18,328 nucleotides of DNA. Origin: Eledone cirrhosa (Eukaryota). Each line of letters opens with the position of its first letter. The stretch's first letter is position 1. Under the pieces are notes generated by a model that did no database searches, was not told the origin of the DNA, and was given only the letters and a program-made list of their open reading frames with translations. Below are positions 12,057 through 18,328 of the stretch, piece after piece. The stretch spans positions 1-18,328 of the forward strand of contig CAXHJY010000672.1 of assembly GCA_964016885.1 (NCBI GenBank). The letters are read 5' to 3'. Position numbers and translations under genes: made by a program.

Positions 12057-12245
12057 AATGGTTTCTACCTTTGACACAGGGCCAGCAATTACCCAGTGCA
12101 TTACTGATACTTTTATTTATCGTCCCCGTAAGGATGAAAGGCAAAGTTAAACTCGGTGGGATTTGAACTCAGATCATAAACGCCTGTAACTCTATGTTGC
12201 AAATCATAGTGTCCGACTCTCTACCGATACTGCCAATATACCACC
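12057..12245 (-). mobile_element. SINE family A (short variant), full length, with probable 16-bp TSD
   Basis: Aligns end to end with the other copies; flanked by TTTAATACTATTTAAT (12041-12056) and TTTGATAATATTTAAT (12246-12261), 14/16 identical. Confidence 0.9.
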
Positions 12246-12258
12246 TTTGATAATATTT

Positions 12259-12396
12259 AATTGTTTCTGATTTGAACAGAAGGCCAACAATTTTAGGGGA
12301 GGGGAAAGTCGATTAAATCGATACCAGTGCGTTACTGTTCCTTTATTTCATCGATCCCGCAAAGATGAAAAGCAAAGCTAACCTCGGAGGATTTGA
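12259..12396 (-). mobile_element. SINE family A (long variant), 5'-truncated within the B-box
   Basis: Contains the extra segment TTAGGGGAGGGGAAAGTCGATTAAATCGAT plus the core; homology stops at GGATTTGA. Confidence 0.82.
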
Positions 12397-12597
12397 GAAG
12401 AATTCATAAGTAGATATGGAAATACTTTTAACCGACTGATAATTGTCTCTTGCTTACTTCTAAGATGTGTTTTGTTGTAACAGTTTCTACCCATTATACA
12501 GGCTTCGCCTTTTTTTCCATTTATATTACGTATTTAGTTATGCGTATATTGAGGGGATATATAAATGTTTATGAATATGAAACTATCCATATATATA

Positions 12598-12766
12598 CAG
12601 TATTTCCCGGCGTCGAAGACGCTGCTTTTTCCTAAAATAAGTCTCGAAAAGCTACCATTCGTCCGGGAGGGCGAGGGTTGTTTATTATTATTATTTTTTT
12701 TTGGGGGGTTGTAAAAATTAGGGTGCGTCGTCGAGAACGAAGCGTCTTCGGCGCCGGGAAATACGG
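12598..12766. mobile_element. MITE, Tc1/mariner-pogo (Tigger-like) type, 169 bp
   Basis: 26-bp terminal inverted repeats CAGTATTTCCCGGCGTCGAAGACGCT (12598-12623) and AGCGTCTTCGGCGCCGGGAAATACGG (12741-12766), 24/26 complementary, flanked by TA at 12596-12597 and 12767-12768; no coding capacity. Confidence 0.88.
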
Positions 12767-12900
12767 TATGCTTTTCTTCATCTCATTGCTTTCTTTCACC
12801 ATTTTTTCAGAAATGCTATATTGTTTTGAATTATATCAATGTGTCATTTTGAAAATTATACATATGCATTTTTCATATTAATTTTACAGTTCACTGAATT

Positions 12901-13083
12901 ACAGCATCGGTCAAAATGCTTTGTAATATTTTATTGCGGTACATAGTATAACATTCCTATGGATATAGCTTTGCGTTTCATCATTCTGGGTGGGATGACG
13001 CAAATAACATTTCAGTAATGGATATGAGTATAATGAAATGGGATCTTTCTTGAAGTGTGTGGCCTTGTGCCAGTGTAAGAAAT
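12901..13083 (+). mobile_element. Highly diverged SINE family A-related copy
   Basis: Collinear remnants AGCATCGGTCAAAATGCTTTG, CTTTGCGTTTCATCATTCTGGG and TGGCCTTGTGCCAGTGTAAGAAA with the expected spacing. Confidence 0.6.
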
Positions 13084-13223
13084 CCAATATATTGCATTTG
13101 CTATAATTCTTGAATATGATTGTTCATGTATAGGGTTAAACTAAATGCTTTCTCGAAATTGAATTTTACTCTGTAACAACGCATACAACAGATATTCAAT
13201 TCCATCTTTCGAACATCAATATC

Positions 13224-13361
13224 TGTGTGTGTGTGTATGTGTATGTTTGTGTGAGTCTGTATGTGTGTGAGTGAGTGAATATGAGTGTGTGCGTGTGTCA
13301 GTGTGTGTGTATGTGTGTGAGTGTTTGTGAGTGTGTGTGTGAGTGAGTGTGTACGTGCGTG
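13224..13361. repeat. Degenerate (GT)/(GAGT)n microsatellite
   Basis: Directly visible. Confidence 0.92.
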
Positions 13362-14194
13362 CATTTGTATGAGTGAGATATCATATTGCGATAGATTCAA
13401 TAAATTTAGAACCAGCGAATAAACTCATATCCGGTCGCTTTGCCCGTGAGTACTATTAGCATGATTTCTCTGAAATATAAAGCCACGATTTCTAGAAATA
13501 TAGGAATGATTGGATAATGATTCAATACTTATGAAAACAATGGCGGGTGGTTACGGTTGGGGAACACACTTCAATATATTTGCTTTACCATGATAGATGT
13601 GGAGATACACAATGACACAAATTACTGTATACCAATCTTTAAAATGACATCATTTATGCTGTTTTAAGCCACTTTAGTGATTTTTCCTATAATGTTATTC
13701 ATATGAGTTGCATAATAAAAAAAACTATTTTGGATTCAACCTGAATCCAAAATGCTATCATATATTTGACCTATCACGACATAGCGAACGATATATAGAC
13801 CACATTGAAATCCTCATATGTAGTAAGTTCCAAATTCTTTAAGACAGAAATTGAAAGATACGATAGAAATTCTTTAGATATTTAAAATTAAATTCGCATT
13901 ATTCATGTCAGCTTAGATGTGAGTCATCAGGTACCACGGAATTGGTCATAAAAAGTTCATTCGCATTAACTAAAGGTTTGGATTATTCTTGTCAAAATAC
14001 ATTTACTTATTGTTTGCATTGGATTATGTATGTCCAATAAGAGCAACTTTTAAGCTTTTATTATTGTTATTATTATCGATATTCAATAATTGACAACAGT
14101 CGATCCACTTTCGTCAAATCGGATCGAGAAAACAATGTCCCCGTTGGTCTTTCCAATTGCTAAAGCTTTCTATCGATCGCAACTCCAGGTAGAA

Positions 14195-14315
14195 GGAGCA
14201 ATGTGAAATAAATTGTCTTGCTCAAGGACATAAGGTATCGCCCGATCCAAGAATCGAACTCGCAACCTCACCATTGCGAATCCAATTCTCTACTCTTACC
14301 ACTCAGCCACGCGCC
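14195..14315 (-). mobile_element. tRNA-derived SINE, family B, 5' fragment
   Basis: Minus strand reads GGCGCGTGGCTGAGTGGTAAG (A-box) ... GAGTTCGATTC (B-box) ... TGTCCTTGAGCAAGACAATTTATTTCACATTGCTCC. The last part resembles the CCTTGAGCAAGACAC-type central motif common in animal SINEs. Body unrelated to family A. Confidence 0.8.
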
Positions 14316-14884
14316 TTCAGGAAATGAAGGATGTTTATGTAAGGAGGCCACGTGTCGGTCAACATATTGATAACTCAAGAGAATTTTCTTTTAAATGATT
14401 ATACAATATTTGTACATGCATCTTCATAAGGGATAACAACCATTTACTCAACGGTACCGTTTTACAAATATTTGTTGTTGACATTATTGCTTAACCTGAC
14501 GAAAAACGATGATCTATCCATGGACATCCACTATTTTTTTCATATCAGAAAATAATTATGCAATAAAAATGTTATACCAGGGAATGCATTTTCATATCCG
14601 ATTTCCGTTTTTCTCATGATATTTTTTTAATGATTGATGGTCTATTTTGAGGATTATTCAGCTCCCCTTTCATAAAATATCAAGCAACTGCTTAGTGGCG
14701 CACATGCTGGTTTATCTTAATGCTCAGCATCCAAGAACAGATACGAATACACTCCTAACTGTGATCTCGACATTGCATCGCTCATGGCTATTTCATATAT
14801 CACTGCAAAGGGCAATGTGTCATTTTTCCGGGATTGTTGTCAATGTTTCGATACTACTTCGTGCAATATCACAGAAAACAACTC

Positions 14885-14960
14885 CAGATTTGCCAATATA
14901 TATTTCGATTAAATCCATATCAGATTTGCCAATACATATTTCGATTAACTCCGTATCAGA
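14885..14960. repeat. 36-bp tandem repeat, two units
   Basis: CAGATTTGCCAATATATATTTCGATTAAATCCATAT (14885-14920) and CAGATTTGCCAATACATATTTCGATTAACTCCGTAT (14921-14956), 3 mismatches, then CAGA. Confidence 0.9.
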
Positions 14961-15239
14961 GAATCGTTAATAGGAATATTGAAAAAAATAAATGGAAATA
15001 CTTGTAACAGTACAAATGATGCTAACATCAAGAGGCATATATTAATACAGAACAGGTATAAGGTTTATTCAGGTAAGCCTGGAAATTAAAGGGCATCCCA
15101 GTATACATTAACATCAATTGCAGATTTGCGGAAGGAAAAGACCCAATATTTATGGAATCTCAAGATGTGGACTCTGCAATGTAAGTCGAAGTTCAATTTA
15201 GGAGGTCTCAAGAGACAATTGACTGTTTGAACACTTAAA

Positions 15240-15960
15240 CCAATCTTTCAAAGCTTGACCTTATAGCTCGATATCCATCCTGCCTTTCTCTTCACCAAAG
15301 GAAGTGGACCATTACACGTCTTAAGCTCCACCACATCAGATGAGATTCTACAGAAATCTTTATAAAACACTGGCATCTATTTCAGAAGTGGTATTGCTAC
15401 TTTGACTCCACGATGTGCTGTGTTTGAACCCTCATCAAAGACATCCTGCGTAAGAGGTCAGAACCTGACTTAACTTGGGAGCTGGGGTCAGTTCTAACTG
15501 ATTGGACCGACAATGTTCATGCCGTCTCCTAGTATAACGATGTTCAACGTAAGAAGTGAAAGCCCACCTTCAATGAGATCGATACTTCCTTGTACCACCA
15601 TCGTCTTACCTGCCACCACTACGCCTCGAAACCAAACAGTGGTGCTTGGCTTAATTCGGTACCTTCTTCATTAACCTGTTCACTTCTTGATGAAGTGTGC
15701 CCCCGCATCGTATAGGCACAACAACTCGGCCCCCCACGTGTATGAGCCACACATATCAGTTGTTGACAAATTCGTTTAGCATCCATTAACTTTCCGCCTT
15801 CGTGCTGGCCAGCTCCCTTGACACTCTCTTGACATTTTGGTGACCATCGTCCCAAATCTACTGCTTTCTCCCACAAAATCTTAAAGAAGGAATTCCGTAA
15901 TGGGGGCTGGCTGTTGCAGTGGGTATCTCTGGTCATTCCCTGCGTTAACACCTTTGCTGA
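15240..15960 (+). pseudogene. Degraded CRE-clade (restriction-like endonuclease) non-LTR retrotransposon 3' fragment
   Basis: Plus strand from 15599 reads HRLTCHHYASKPNSGAWLNSVPSSLTCSLLDEVCPRIV*AQQLG, then after a frameshift PHVYEPHISVVDKFV*HPLTFRLRAGQLP*HSL, and later PKSTAFSHKI...GWLLQWVSLVIPCVN (W at 15908). This matches CRE-type motifs SGAWL..LPS....LLD..LRIA..LRLG..V.EPH.C...VD..G.H.LSC...AGR..RH and WL.QR.SLA..RGN. Multiple stops and frameshifts. 5' boundary uncertain. Confidence 0.78.
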
Positions 15961-16841
15961 AACACCGCTCACACTGTGGTGTAGTGCCTGTACCTTCCCC
16001 TCTCGTTTCTTTCGTTGATTAATTCATTTTTCGGTTTTATTTCTATACTTATTCGTCACTTTAATAGCGCGAATTGTTTTTCTATAACTGTCTTTGTAAA
16101 ATATAATTTTGAATATTGAAAAACATATTCAACTTTTTAATATCAATTACCAGAGGCGTATTTTAAGGTTCTTTTAACATAGCTTACGTGTAGATGTCAC
16201 CAAACTGCTGAATCTTTGAATAACTAGATAATATTCTATATTACACACACAAACACACACACACTCACACACACACACATCTCTCCTCTCTCTATCTCTC
16301 TATCTCTCTCTTTATATATATATATTAAGATTGTGCGTGTGTGTTGGGGTGGGTGGGGCGGGGGGGGACGTGTTGTGTGTGTGAGTATGTATTTTGCATC
16401 TGTATGAACGTCCTAAATGCGCTTATGTAAAGATATTATATAAAGATATTATGTGTATATGTAAAGATATTAAAATGAGGGAGAATAAGTATATATCTTA
16501 TATAGATATATATCTTATATATATATATATCTTATATATATATATATAACTTATATATATATATATAATTCTATAATTCTCAGAATATATGTTAACTGGT
16601 TTCTGAGTACTGTCTAGGAGGCCACACATAATGAAATGTAATTTGGAGAGAGAAATCTTTTCTCCCGCAGCTTGCTGATTTCGTTTTTGAAGATTTCATT
16701 TCTTGCCTGCACTCAATGACTTGGTCCAAATATACATGAAGGTATTATGTAACAAACACAAACAAACAAACGAACAATGCGCAGTAACATTAATACACAT
16801 TCATGCATGTACATACGCAAATCACATATACGCTAAAAATG

Positions 16842-17231
<390 letters not shown>

Positions 17232-17365
17232 CTCTAGATATACAGATGACATATAGATATATTCGTATCTAGATATATAATATGCATATACTTAAATTCA
17301 AATATGTATAAATTATTTGTTCAGTTCTTTACGTATAGAAGAAGAAAATACTATAGCAAAACAAG

Positions 17366-17458
17366 ATAACAACAGGCACAACAACATCAACAACAATTGC
17401 AATAATAATAAAATGCTATAATAATAACAATAATAACAATAATAATAATAATAATAAT
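17366..17458. repeat. (AAC/AAT)n microsatellite abutting the R4/Dong-like element
   Basis: Directly visible. Confidence 0.92.
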
Positions 17459-18328
17459 GGTGAAATGGAGACTAGAACGTCATGTGACAGACTCTCACCC
17501 AACAGGTGCCCCCTGGCTCAGCAGCAGGAACCTGACTGTCAACGAAATACTGCTGATGTTGGAGGAAGAAGAAGAAGGAAAGGGGCCAGAACCAACTGGA
17601 CGAAAGAATTGAATAGAACTGTTATGCAATGCTACCTGAAAAGTAACCCCAAGGAGAGGGGCTACAGGAGACGGATGCATAACATCTGGAACGAGATTGG
17701 TTTATTTAAATTAGATGAACAAAAATTGGCCGGGCAGGCTCGGGTAATAAGAACTAATGGGTGGATAAGCGAGCTGGAACTGGAGGAACTGAGCAGAGAG
17801 AATGGCTTGGAGATGGCGGGTGTAGTATGCCAGACAAGCGAGCCGGCGGGAAATGAAGGTGAGGAGGTCCTGAGAGCGGAGGAACCACCCGAAGCAGACA
17901 ATGATCTGAATACTGAGATAAATAATACCTGGAACAGAGATACGGCCACTGAGGAGATGAATGCTGACGGGCTAGGACAAGATTCGGTTGACATCCTAAA
18001 TTTAGTGGTAGATGAGTTGAACAATGATAGTGGGAGACCTATGAACCTAAGATTTGTAGACAGGAAAAAGTTAAAAGAAACAACAGCTAAGGTAAACAAA
18101 GTCATCCCATACCTTGAGGCGAGGAGTCTTCACCAGTGCAACAATATCCTCAAAGCAACAGCAAATACGGTGAGGAAACTACTTGGTATAAAAGCGAGAG
18201 GAAACAACAGACAAGAAAGAGCAGAGCCGTGGTGGAAGAAGCGACTGAGTGGGCAAATCGGGGAAATGAGAAATGACATAGGAAAGCTTGAGTCACTACT
18301 GAATGGGACACTAAAAAACATAGGCACT
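17459..18328 (+). mobile_element. 5' portion of an R4/Dong-like LINE inserted at a (TAA)n microsatellite
   Basis: Abrupt switch from the (AAT/AAC)n tract ending at 17458 to GC-richer coding-like sequence carrying the ORF above. Dong elements are known to target TAA repeats. Confidence 0.82.
17465..18328 (+). CDS. N-terminal part of an R4/Dong-clade non-LTR retrotransposon ORF (runs off the window end)
   Basis: Hand translation from ATG 17465 gives 288 codons with no stop: METRTSCDRL...NWTKELNRTVMQCYLKSNPKERGYRRRMHNIWNEIG...EQKLAGQARVIRTNGWISELELEEL...EPWWKKRLSGQIGEMRNDIGKLE... The W..E.N..VM.CY..S.P..RGY..RM...W, EQ.LA.Q.R.I..NGW.S.LELE and PWWK.RL..QI motifs match my recollection of the region upstream of the RT domain in R4/Dong/Rex6 elements. 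Probably absent from the ORF track because it has no stop inside the window. RT and endonuclease domains are not visible here. Confidence 0.88.
   Translation, partial: METRTSCDRLSPNRCPLAQQQEPDCQRNTADVGGRRRRKGARTNWTKELNRTVMQCYLKSNPKERGYRRRMHNIWNEIGLFKLDEQKLAGQARVIRTNGWISELELEELSRENGLEMAGVVCQTSEPAGNEGEEVLRAEEPPEADNDLNTEINNTWNRDTATEEMNADGLGQDSVDILNLVVDELNNDSGRPMNLRFVDRKKLKETTAKVNKVIPYLEARSLHQCNNILKATANTVRKLLGIKARGNNRQERAEPWWKKRLSGQIGEMRNDIGKLESLLNGTLKNIGT

Noticed and set aside
14647-14970. 107-aa ORF, and a faint RT-like peptide on the opposite strand
   Set aside because: Non-ATG start, partly made of the 36-bp tandem repeat; the RT resemblance is too weak to call.
15619-15972. 117-aa minus-strand ORF
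   Set aside because: Antisense to the CRE-like relic, whose motifs are on the plus strand.
17495-18327. Three minus-strand ORFs (61, 147 and 65 aa)
   Set aside because: Antisense shadows of the plus-strand R4/Dong-like ORF.

Overview
AT-rich eukaryotic non-coding DNA (intergenic or intronic), dominated by microsatellites and retroelements. No host protein-coding gene can be supported. The SINE families and repeat landscape suggest an octopus or other coleoid cephalopod genome; this is recognition from memory and was not verified. Contents: (i) nine full or partial copies of one tRNA-derived SINE, mostly in two clusters (4615-5386 and 11436-12396), several with visible target-site duplications (TSDs) suggesting new copies insert into the ATT-rich tails of older retroelements; (ii) a head fragment of a second SINE family; (iii) a 169-bp TA-flanked MITE; (iv) a 183-bp element present as two inverted copies about 5 kb apart; (v) degraded RTE-type (about 2250-2930, minus) and CRE-type (about 15240-15960, plus) LINE relics; (vi) at the right edge, an uninterrupted 288-codon ORF missed by the ORF track, which looks like the N-terminus of an R4/Dong-clade non-LTR retrotransposon sitting directly on a (TAA)n tract. 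Nearly all ORFs in the supplied track are microsatellite artefacts or antisense shadows of these elements.
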